Shown: positions 52,858-64,000 of the stretch, piece after piece | How positions within the stretch are numbered: position 1 is the first letter of the stretch | How the letters are laid out: every line of letters starts with the position of its first letter | Assembly (NCBI GenBank): GCA_002104905.1 | Contig: MCFE01000117.1 | Location: 1-64,000, forward strand | Origin: Basidiobolus meristosporus CBS 931.73 | Taxonomy: Eukaryota > Fungi > Basidiobolomycota | Direction of reading: 5' to 3' | DNA: 64,000 nucleotides | Made by a program: the position numbers and the translations under genes | The notes under the pieces: model-generated | The model's database searches: none | Told to the model about the DNA's origin: nothing | The model's input: the letters and a program-made list of their open reading frames with translations, nothing else

Positions 52858-53485
52858 ATAAGGCAAGGAAAGCACTCTTCTGAGCAACATAGGTAAGATT
52901 GAGTAAAATTACTAGTAAATATATCCCACCACTGGCATTATTGTAGAGACTTTAGGTTCAGATAGCGCCATAGAGTACTAGATCAATCCAGCACTATAAA
53001 TAGGCTGGCACTACATGGCACTATCCAACAGAGCAAGTCTATTGGCAAAATAGTAAAGAACTCTTTGCCGATATTCAGGAGGTATTCATGGCAGAAGTGG
53101 CAGCAACCAACCATATATTTGAAAGATGTATATGTTATAAGCAGTACAAGGTATATGGCAACTTTGATGATATCACACTAAAAAGTTGTAAAGTTGAGGT
53201 AATAGAAGTATGTCAATTGTGGCAGGTGTGCATGTTTCTAGAAGTCAGTAAGCCCAAGGCCATAGTATTTTTTGATTCAAGCTCTATGTGCAATACACAA
53301 GGTAGTAGTGTGTAAGAAATAAAGAGGCGTGATTCTAGAGTGGAACATATCAAATGCACAAGGGAGGTAGAAAAAGGAATTATTATTTAGTAAATTGGTA
53401 TGGTAGCATTCTACAGAACTAGCTGTAGGCCACTATACTGCCATAATAGTTCCAACAAGGACTTGCAGTGAGACTGTCAAATCAC

Positions 53486-54197
53486 TGTCAAGCTTTTTGA
53501 TATTGATGTATCCAAGAGAAAAGTGTAATAAAACCCTTGAATAAGTTAACTGAGCCTAAGTAATAACCAAGTGCAGAATCTTCAAATTTTCAGGGGTAAC
53601 GGAAATATTAGCAGAGAAGTTCTGGTCTAATATTGCTTTTGTTTATAGTTGAGTTGGTGATAAAGGCAACAGAGTTGGTTTGCTATACAGGCTAGGCTTG
53701 GTGTTCTTGGGAATGCAGATATGCTAGGCTTGGGTGCAAACTAGAATGGTATTGTTGAACTCTTAATTTTGCTGAGGCATAATCTTAATTTTGTTGAGAT
53801 ACACACTAAACCAAAAGGTTCAGTATCTTTTTTATATTTTTCTGATCAAGTTGAATTAGTAAGCGCCAAGAGACTGGACTAATTGAAATCTGTTTGGGTA
53901 TTGATAAGTGCATAAGATAAATGAAAAATTGCATCATTAATCAGCTGATGTCTTGGTAACTACTAAGTGGTTGTATGGATCTCTGATTACTAATCCTTTG
54001 GAAAGGCTTAGCAGATCAGCTGAGGATGTAATGATCACTTGAAAATTGATCAGGTGTAACAGCTAAAAATAGATTCTGAGAAGTGATAGAGTGAACCATA
54101 ACAGGTATTAGTTATGTTTGGGTTAGGGAATATCAGTTACAGTACTATATTTCTAATGGAGTGAAATTAGCTAAGTCTTAAATATTGATGCACAACA
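53486..54197 (-). mobile_element. 712-bp solo LTR related to the chromovirus A LTR
   Basis: TGTTG...TGACA termini. It interrupts X copy 1, and 53500-53715 is an inverted homolog of 54815-55035. No clean TSD. Confidence 0.55.
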
Positions 54198-54789
54198 GCT
54201 ATATAAGGTTACTGGATATACTGGCTTGTTAAATCCATTTAAAAAAGTTGTAGAGTGCATTAATACCGCAGCAATTCTATGTATTTATTGCTACAGCACT
54301 GATCAAACCCTGTCAAGTTTTTTAACTTTATTTGGCAGTAAAATTAGCCAAACACCATCTTGATCCCATCATAATATGGTTAAGATGGCTACTAATACCA
54401 AGCTGTGGGTATTTTGATGTTCTCCAAACAAGATCCTGATGGCTAATCCAGATTGGATCCACCTACAAGACCAAATTATTTCACATAGGGTGCCTATTCT
54501 GTAATCACTGCCAGGTCTTTCACTGCTACTTTTCTAGGTGCTACTTATATTAAACTATGTTTTTGCCTTGATAAGTGCTCACTGGTGCATCCATTTCTGC
54601 CTTCTTGTTCCTTACCAGCACGCTTTCAGCAACCTGACATATCTTTGCAGCTTATCTTGAGCACTCAGCCCAGATTGTGACAGGAACATGAGGAAGCCAC
54701 TGGTTTTTACTAATGCCAAGTCCTCACTGCTACTATGACTAAGTGCTATTTGAATGGAACAAAACTTTGTTCTTTTTATCCATCAGCAT

Positions 54790-57700
54790 TTAGGACTTAG
54801 CAAATTTATTTGCAAGCACTCCCAAGAACACCAAGCCTAGCATGCATAGCAAGCCTATTCTGTTGCCTCTGTAGCCAGACCCAGTTACAAACAAGTCCAA
54901 TATTAGACCAGAATCCCCATGTTAATATTTTCACCACTCTCTGACAATTCTAAGATTCAGCACTGAATTATTTGTTTGGTTCAGTTAAATAATTGAAGAG
55001 CATTGTTACACTTCACTCTTGAGTACAAATACTCTTTGCTGAGTTTTATTGAATTCTACCACTTTACAAGATATCATTAGTAGCAAGCAATGCAACTCTT
55101 CTCATATTGAAAGAGGCCAGGAGAAAGCAGGAAGAAAGGACTCAACAGCTTGAAAATCCCATGCCTGAGAGAAATACCTTGAAGCTTGAGCACTCAAAGC
55201 TTGCCAAGAAAAGATTTGACAATCATTGTAGAGATAAACTCATTCAAGTTATATCTAGTGCATTGAAAGTCTGCCAAGCTTTGCGCTGCATCAGCAACTA
55301 AGAAATTATGCCTTTGAATCCTCCAGATCTACATCTCCCTTGAAACCTGACCTGGTGGATATCCCAAGATCCTTGCCACTTTATGCAGAAGGAGCCAATA
55401 CAATAATGCATCATATTGAGTTTCTTTACAAGTTCAGTCATGTTTTAGCTGTACTCCAGCCAGGCCCTGACACCAAATTGGCTGGACTTCTGCCTCTATG
55501 TCTTACCATGCCAGATGCTGACTGGGTTGAAGCAAACAATGCTTCCAGCAGAAGGTGGAAAATTGCCCAAAACCTCTTTTGCAAACATTTTGAAGATACC
55601 TTCATGTGTGCAAATCAGAACTGCAACTTATGGAAAACTAAAATGCCAAAAGGTAGGTCTGTACAATACATCTGTGATGTATTCCAAAGACCAACAAGAT
55701 TAGCTTTGGTTAGTGAGGATAATCCATCATTTACTTCTCATTCTCTTTTCAACTTCTCACACCAGCTATGGCTCAATATTGCAATTGTCAAGGCATACAA
55801 CTCTGCTTGTACTTATGACAGGATTTCAGAAATGTGAACACTTGCAATTTCCATGACTGCAGCTGTTAACCACACTTTAGACAACTCAGCTCAAGATCTA
55901 GCAATAATTGGAAAAGACACCAGTCATGTGAGCAAGAAGCAGTCAACCACTGCTAAGCAATGTGAGCTTCACCAAAATGCTATCATTCAGCCAGTGAATG
56001 CAGAGGCATCACCAAGCAGTCAAACAAGTCAGGAAACACCTCAGTTAAGCTGTGAATCCATTAGCCAATGATAAATGCTTTAAATGTGGGAAGATGGGAC
56101 ATGTATCACCTGTCTGTCCTCTCAAGAGCTCTATACTGTTGACACAAATTACTTGGATCCTACATAATCATACAGCCAATGATATGACAGGGTATGAGGA
56201 AGCATATCAAGAGCTTTCAGCCCAAGATTTTCACAAACTCTATGAATTTCTAACTAAAATTGTAATTGTTCAAAAAGAATAGTAACTGTTTACATACCTA
56301 AAATCCATAGAGATGCCACTCACGCTCAATGGCCAATTATATGTAGCATTACTGGATACTGGCTCATCCCACTCTATTGTACCACCCAATGTAGTGAAGG
56401 AACTCAAGTTAAAATTAGAAAAGCAGCCATGAAAAGTCGTATTTGCAGCTAAGGATCTCTCATCCTCAAGAATTGGTATCACCACCCCAGTCTACATCTG
56501 TTATGGCACAATAACTATAGTCCTTCAACTGAAAGTTATTCATATTTCAGATGAAGCTCAGGTAGTCATTAGCTTGGACACCTTCACCAAACTTGGCTTT
56601 CATATCTTTCACAAACTGTATTGATCATGCAACCCATGTCACTTATGTAAACAATAGTCCGACAGCCATTGGACTGATTCTCAATGTTGATAATTGCAGC
56701 TATGATTGCCTCAAAATCATTTTACCTAGATTCCTAATCATGCCAGCTGGCCACCAACTAGACCCTTTTGAAGTGATTGATACTCCTAAATCGCCAAAAT
56801 CCATTAGCACAAAACAGCTTCAACATTATCTTGAAGTATTTAACTACCTCAGGGAACACATGCTTCTCATTTTCTCATTTAATACCACATTAGATGCAAT
56901 GCGCCATATCCCTAATCTTCCCTCAGCCTGGAGCACAACTCAAAACCAAGGCTTTGAGTTGCTCTGACAGCTGCCTCAACAAGCACCCAAATTATCATAT
57001 CCAGACTTTGCTAAGCCCATTACCTTATGAAGAACAACTTAGTCTTGTGGGTAGTCTGATCCAGATTGGCCATCAAGATCTGGTCAGGAGACCACTATGA
57101 TACCAGCAGCCTGGAATTAATTACAATCTACATGATTTTATGATGTGTTCACAAATGGAATTGGCTAATATTATAGCTTAATAAAGTTAAAAAAACATGA
57201 TGGTGCTTGTACAGTGTTTGGCTGAAGGTGTCATAGCATTGTTGAGGCCTTAGTGTGCGCTACATCTATCTAAGTGGATCTAGCTGGCCAGTACGCACAA
57301 TTGACTTATATGGCAAAAAAATTATTAGTGATTAGATGGCTTTATTGTGGGCCTCTGATAGTATTATCTTGGCAGTGTGGCAGCCTACAGATAGTTCTGC
57401 ATAATGTTACCATACCAACTTACCAAATAATATTTCCTTTTTCTACCTCTCCTTGCACAACACATATATTCCACTGTATAAATCACCCCCCCATTACTTC
57501 CTTACACACTTCTACCTGATGTACTCCACATAGAGTTTGAATCAAAAAATACTATGGCCTCCTGCTTACTAACCTCTACAAACATGCACTCCTGCCGCTA
57601 TTGACATACTTTTATCACCTCAATTTTATGGCTTTTTAGTGTGATACTAACATAGTTGCCATATACCTTGTACTGCAGGTAACATGTACATCTTTCAAAC

Positions 57701-60355
57701 ATATGGTTGGTTGCTACCACTTCTGCCATGAATACCTCCTCAATATCCGCAAAGAGCTTTTTGGTATTTAGCTAACATATTCCTTCTCCCTACTGGATTT
57801 TACTCCCCTATAGGTGTGCTCTTGCTCTTGTTTGTGTGAATTTTGTATTGAGTGGTGTAGGAATTGGCTTGTGACCAAGAGAAACCCAGCATACTTTGGC
57901 AGAGCTTAATGGGACCATCAGGAACTTAAGGCCAAGCAGAATGTGCTTGACTTACTCTGTAAGCATTGTCTTGGATTTAAGCAAGCAAACAGATTTTGCA
58001 CTAACATGAGTATGTCAAGAAAGTATCTCAAGAGTAGTAGAAGTTATCAAAGGCAGAAAAGCAAGGGTGCAATGACTGGAAACCAACGGTTTCCTCAAGG
58101 GCCCATTACAAGCAAGGCAAGAGTTCCAAACAAGAATCAAAGAGACATCACCTAGCTGCAAGAGTGCCAATAAAGGAAAAGCAGGCAGATATAGATGCAC
58201 CAGCACAATATTTCCCAAGGAAAAAGTGTATTTCTATTCAAGAAGTGCTCAGTCAAAGTAGCAGTGAAGAACCTGTCAGTGATCAATACAAGTAGATACC
58301 TGAGGAGCCCCTCACATAATGAGCAGAGAACTCAAGACTAGCAGAGAAGAAGCATCAGGTAGCTTGCAGAGTGCCAGCAAGGGATAAGCAGGCCAAAACA
58401 GATGCATCAGAGCAGTATTTATCAAGGAGCAACTGTATTTCAATACTAGAGGAACTCATACAAATTTGCAGTGAAAGACCTGGCAGTGATAAATGAAAAG
58501 GTCAAGGAAAAACGTCTACCCATGCCAGAGACAGGGAAGCACAAGAAAAAAATGCAGCTCTTGCCAATCAATGCTGTATGCCCAAGACACACTGAGTATC
58601 ATTATAGCCAAGAAGAATTCCCAACAAGAAAACAGCTGTTTTCACAAGAGTTGAGAGCACAGCCAGTTGAGCTACACTCCAGCAAGATGGATATGTTTGC
58701 AGACAAAGGTAATTAGTCTACCACAGCCTTCATGTCCTCTATTAGTGACAGAGTGGAGTTTCCACTGACAGACAAAGCAACAATGTCAAGAACTCAAAAG
58801 GTTATCACAATGCCTTTGGTGAAATTTTGAAATATTAATAGGCATACTAATAGGTTGCAACACTTCTTCAAAAGCAGTGCTCAAGAAAATGCACTTGAAT
58901 ATTGCAAGGACTGGCAGATGAGGTACCAGACCTTACAGTGCCAGCTGAATACTAGGATATGTGGGAACCAGTGAGCAGACAGTGGCATAAAGCCACAGGG
59001 TTCCTGCCAAAGTCATGAAAACAGAGCATAACAGCAGAAATATCAGAAGACTCTGACTCCAATGCTGACCTACTAGCTTGATGCTCTACTTGATTTTGAG
59101 TATACAGTTATTCATTGCCCAGGAATTCTCATTATCCTGTTTGACCATCTTTCATGACTTTATCCAACTTCACCTTTGGAGGGACATGCAATTACTGAAA
59201 TAATCAGTAAATTCACTACAACTATCAAAATAATTCCGCAACTGGACTCAACACCTTAAAAAATCCCACCTGCAGATGAAAGAGAAATGTTGTTATAGAG
59301 GTATCACTTACTTGGCCACTTTGAAGCTAGCAAACTTGTGAAGAAACAAGTCTCCAGTGGACATCATTGGCCAAATGTCAAGGCTGACTGCCTAGAACTT
59401 GCCAAATATTTCAGAGAATGTCAACTTTACAATATTAGTTATCATGGATCTCATCCCTTGAGTCCCAGCCATGCAAGCTTTCCTATGGCTCATATTACAA
59501 TTGATCTGGCTAGACCTTTAACCACCAGTGATGATGGTAATCACTCCCTTTTTGCAATTGTGGATTTCTGCACATGTTCTGTCTTCCCCAAAGCTATTCC
59601 AGACAAGTATGCTGCCACCAATGCAGATGCACTATTCAAGCTCCTCTGCCTCTTTGGATTCCCTAAGGTTATTCAATCAGAAATGGAACAGAATTTGTGA
59701 GTTATGCAGTCATAGCTGTTTGCCAGTATAGTGCCATAGATCACCATTTGATTACCCCATACCATCCTCAAGCTAATGGGCTTGCTGAAATACATGTTCA
59801 AGCCTCAGTGAACCTCATCAGGAATTCTGTCAAAGGTATAATGAAGAAGTGGGGCAAGAACATTTCTACTGTGCAGTAAGCTATCAACTCCAAAATTGCT
59901 GCTCTGCATGAATATACACCATTTTCTTTGATACCTGAAAGAAGATTAAGCCACTTTGGCAACTACCAGAGTACAGAATTAGCAAAGTTAAATGCAGACA
60001 AGCTAAAGAACCAGCATAAGTACCTTACTGATATTGTCTACCCTGCTATCAGCGCCAGAAGTAAAGCCTAACAGCAAAAGATAACTTTACCATAAGCCAC
60101 AAGAAGTAAGAACAGCAGCTTATCACATGGGTCACATGTCATGACACTAGATCCAGTCCTACAACCTAAAGTTGTCCCCTAATATGAAGGCACATTCAAG
60201 GTCTTCCTATGCACTACTGGAGGATCTTTTGTACTTGAAGACAACAATGGTGCACTGCTGCCCAAGAGCTTTCCTCTTTCTTCACTAAACTTTATATCTC
60301 AAGATGCAGTCACCTCTGAAACATATGATGCTGAAGCTATTGTGGATCATGATTG
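54790..60355 (+). mobile_element. Decayed Ty3/gypsy chromovirus A (partial 5' LTR, gag, protease, mostly deleted RT, RNase H, integrase, start of chromodomain)
   Basis: PBS-like TTAGTAGCA at 55077, CFKCGKMGHVSPVC, LLDTGSS, APKLSYPDFAKP, DFEYTVIHCPG..DHLS, GHF..WPNVKADC, HITIDL, PYHPQANGLAE, and TYDAEAIVDH. Confidence 0.8.
57020..59040 (+). repeat. Family X copy 2, lying inside the RNase H region of chromovirus A
   Basis: Inverted homology to 53041-54490, 42569-42704 and 37700-39904. Confidence 0.72.
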
Positions 60356-63300
60356 AGTTATGATCTGCTGCTTGAATGTTTAAGATAGTTCAGTTTCTGA
60401 TCAAATCAATTAGTCATATGTTTAGGTTATCAGTATATCAGTATTATCTATCAAATAAGTAGCACTAGTCAGCAAATGAATCAGCAGATCCTTATCAGAC
60501 AGAAATAGATATATTAGGTAGGATCTTATTGGGTTATGATGATGCAATCAAATGAGTCATCAGCCTCAGCCTAAATTAAAATATACAATTAGTCAGCAAT
60601 TGATCTGGCAAAATACATAAAAGGAGCTGCTGGAATCTCAATAAAAACTAATTCAAGTCTTAGTAAATGCAATACTAGCTAAACTCCCTATTCCTCTACA
60701 ACTCTTATACCAAGACTTGTAATATTGGTAGCAGCAATAACAAGAAACATCCCTCCTGAAGAAAGAAGAAGCCTCCTTCAAGATGTCCAAAAATCAAGAA
60801 TGGAAGAATGCTATGCAACAAATCCTTGCCTGGCAGCAACAGTTACTCCAGATCCTTAGCCAGCAGCAACAAGGAATGACTACCATGGCCCAAAGCCAGC
60901 AAAACCCTGTTAAGAGCAACTCTAGTGTGAAGGTCAACCAGTACCATGGTAGAGTCAATGAAAACCTGGGAACCTGGCTTTTCCAGATTGAAGAAGCTTT
61001 CAAAGCTAAAGGAAATCACTCCAGAAAGCAAGTTACATTGTGCAGCCTCTGACCTGGCAAACACAGCTTTGCAGTGGTACCACAATAAGATCAGGTCAGC
61101 CACCATGATGGGAAGCTCCACAATCTCTACCTGGGATGAGTTTGTGTTGGACATTCAGGATGCCTTTGAGCCCCCATACCAACAGACGCTACTTGGAAGA
61201 AAGTTGAAGACACTCAGACAGTAAGAAATGGTCCAAGAGTACATCTATGAATATAGATGTCTACTTAGGCAAATTGAAAGAATGGACCCTTTGGATCAAG
61301 TTGGATACTTTATTTATGGGTCGAAAGAAAGAACTTGTAAGGAAGTGAATTGTTGAAGACCTCAGATTATTGAAGAAGCCATCATGATAGCCATTGACTA
61401 TAGCTCAGCTATGTTTGGAGTTGGGAAGCCCACAATGACTAATCAGAGAGGCTACAATCACTATGAAAGAAGACAATCAGAAGCAGTACCAATGGAAATA
61501 GATGCTATGCAGAAGAATCCTACCTCAGAAGAATGTAAGAAGAAAGGGCTTGTCTTCAATTGCCACCAGCAGGGACATATTGCAAAGTACTGCCCTCAGA
61601 GAAGAAATGGACACCAGCCATCAAGAACCTTTAGCCGTATTGAGGCCATGGAGCATAGTAACCTGGAGGATGAACTTGAAGAAGACTCAGAACTCACCTT
61701 CCATATGACAGAAGAATACCTATGCCAGATGACCTCAAACTCAGGAAAGCTATTATACTTGAATGGAGTAATCAATGGAGTACCTGCCAAGATCATGATT
61801 GACTCAGGAGCATCACATGAGTACATGTCAGAGCAATTTGATTTGAAAACTGGAATCAAATTGGAACTTACCAAATAAGCTTCAGTCTCAACAGCTGATG
61901 GGAACTCTCACATAATCAACCGCATCACTCAGCCAGTAAGAATGAAGATTAATGACTATGAAGAAGATCTACAGGCCTATATATATGAGAACTGCAAGTT
62001 TGACCTTGTACTTGGGAAAACCTGGCTATTTTGTTGTAATCCATCAATCAACTGGAGAACCCATGTTATTCAGATCCAGAGGTACAATCAGACCTATGGG
62101 CTATTACCTTCCAGACTGGATTTTAACTTGGTCAATTCCAGTGTGTGCAAACAAGTGAACTTGGCAAAATACAGTTCTGTAGAGCACTAAGAAAATGCAC
62201 CCAGATGTTCCTCATGGCAGTTTTACAGGAGGATTGCTCTACTCCTGTACCCCAGAAGGTCCAGACTCTTTTGAAGGAGTATTCAGACATATTTCTACAA
62301 GAGCTTGTAAGCCTACCACCAGTCAGAGATGTGGATCATGCCATTGCAACAGGAGATAGCCCTCCAGTGAATAAGACACCATACAGAATGAGTCCACTAG
62401 AGTTGGAAGAGATGAAGAGACATATAGATCAGTTACTGGAGCAAGGATATATCAGACGCAGCAAGTCACCTTGGGGAACACCAGCACTTTTTGTGAAGAA
62501 GGATGGAACACTTAGGGTGCGCATTGACTACAGAGTCCTAAACTCAGTTACTGTGAAAAATAAGTACCCCATATCCTGGATTGATGAGCTCCTTAGCCAA
62601 CTAAATGGAGCCACTATTTTCAGCAAGATTGAACTCATGTCAGGATATAACCAGATTAGGGTGAAGCCAGAAGACATCCCTGAGACAGCATTCAGGACCA
62701 GATATTGACATTATGAGTACTTAGTCATGAGTTTTGCCCTCACCAATGCCCCTGCAACATTCATGATCCTGATGCAGACTGTATTCTAGGAGTACTTATA
62801 CAAGTTTGTCATTATCAACCTAGATGATATATTGATATATAGCAAGACAGAAGAAGATCAAATGGTGCACATTGAAAAGGTCTTGAAGAAGCTAAGAGAG
62901 AACAAGCTCTATGGCAGGCTACCCAAGTGTGAATTCTTCAAGGAACATGTTGAATATCTGGGACACATAGTGACTAGCACAGGAGTAACCTTAGACTCTA
63001 AGAAGGTTGAAGTTATCAAGAATCCGAAGCAGCCCCATAGCATATCAAAGCTTTGATCATTCCTTGGAATGGTCTCCTATTATTGGGGATTTGTCAAGTA
63101 CTTTGCAAGTATTGCAGCTCCTTTAGCTGATATCCTCAAGAAAGACAATACCTACAAGTGGGACATAGCTTGTGAGACTGCCTTCCAGACTCTCAAGAAT
63201 GAACTTGCTAAGCTGCCAAGCTCAAGAATACTCAACTTCAGAAAAGAGTTTACTCTGTGCACAGATGCTTCAAAATATGCAATAAGTGAAGTGTGGGGCC

Positions 63301-64000
63301 AAGAACATGAGGAAAAGGACTACTCCATTGCCTTTGAATCCAAGAAACTGAACTCAGCAGAACAAAACTATCCAGTCCATGAGAAGGAGATACTTGCTAT
63401 AATACACTGTTTAAAGACATGGAGATGCTATATTGAAGGAGTCAAGTGCACCTTAAAGACTGATCCTGCCTCCCTCAAGTATATATTTACTCAGAAGGTC
63501 CTCTCTTGAAGAATGTCAAGGTGGAGTGAATACATTCAGCAATTTGACTTGGAGATTATCTACTGCCCTGGAAAAAACAACATGGTTGCTGATGCCTTAT
63601 GAAGATTAGATCAGGTTGCACAACTCAACTTGGTGCATGAATCAGATTGGCCTAGCCTATTACCAAAGTACTTGGAGGACCAAGCCATTCATAATAAGGT
63701 GGATGAAGATATCAAGAAGATAATCAGGGATGAAGCCAGCAAACTTGTAGTACAGGATAAACGCTCTACAAAATTGTTGATGGAAGCCCTATTGCCTATT
63801 GCCCGTATGTTTCTTGCCTGGATTTAATACATAAGCTACACAATGGATATGGACATCTTGGAATTGAAGGAACCAATAGCCTTGTGAAAGCCAGAGCATG
63901 GTGGCCCAGAATGAAACAAGACAATGAGAAGCTAGTGAAAACATGCCCAAATTGACAAATCAGCCAAGGCCAACTACAGAAAATTGCTGAACTCTTTCCC
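60356..64000 (+). mobile_element. Ty3/gypsy element B2, a sister copy of B1; more decayed and runs off the window end
   Basis: LTR 60356-60724 matches the B1 LTR, PBS TGGTAGCAG at 60726, gag ATG at 60783. Gag, PR, RT, RH and IN are collinear with B1 but carry several stops. Confidence 0.93.

Larger units (their letters stand above)
42705..53040. mobile_element. PIF/Harbinger-superfamily (PHIS) DNA transposon; native size ~3.3 kb, expanded by nested LTR insertions
   Basis: Imperfect ~27-bp TIRs (AGACTTGTTCCATTGTACAATGCCAGG vs reverse complement AGACTTGCTCTGTTGGATAGTGCCATG) and ATT duplicated at 42702-42704 and 53041-53043. Encloses a DDE_Tnp_4-like ORF and a divergent second ORF. Confidence 0.8.
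37700..54780 (-). repeat. Family X copy 1, an unclassified coding repeat, split into pieces at ~37700-38162, 39234-39904, 42569-42704, 53041-53485 and 54198-54780
   Basis: The pieces join collinearly against the uninterrupted copy at 57020-59040 once the nested insertions are removed. Confidence 0.7.

Overview
Eukaryotic, almost certainly fungal, genomic DNA: short GT..AG introns with CTAAC-like branch sites. The gene style suggests an early-diverging fungus, which is my inference. The window has two sharply different halves. Bases 1-32,600 are gene-rich with normal CpG content and hold about 13 genes: an orphan, a divergent pair of small paralogs, a KEN/ABBA-motif protein, an NRAMP transporter, UDP-glucose 4-epimerase, siroheme synthase, a RING-H2 ligase, a mitochondrial carrier, an S/P-rich hypothetical, a secreted 2H phosphoesterase, a BAR-SH3 protein and SPF30. 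Bases ~32,720-64,000 are a gene-free, AT-rich, almost CpG-free island of decayed, nested transposons. It contains a Ty1/copia relic, two copies of a ~4.9-kb Ty3/gypsy element, a chromovirus, three copies of a 1,071-bp solo LTR, a 712-bp solo LTR, a CACTA-like transposase fragment, a PIF/Harbinger-superfamily element with TIRs and an ATT target duplication, and an unclassified coding repeat (family X). The nesting can be reconstructed four levels deep from target-site duplications (TSDs). The most striking signals are these: the 1,071-bp LTR family appears to insert at CpG-centred 4-bp targets; duplicated sequences show reciprocal CpG decay, implying methylation-driven deamination; and family X has no recognisable domain. 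All coordinates, splice models and counts were worked out by hand, with no database searches.
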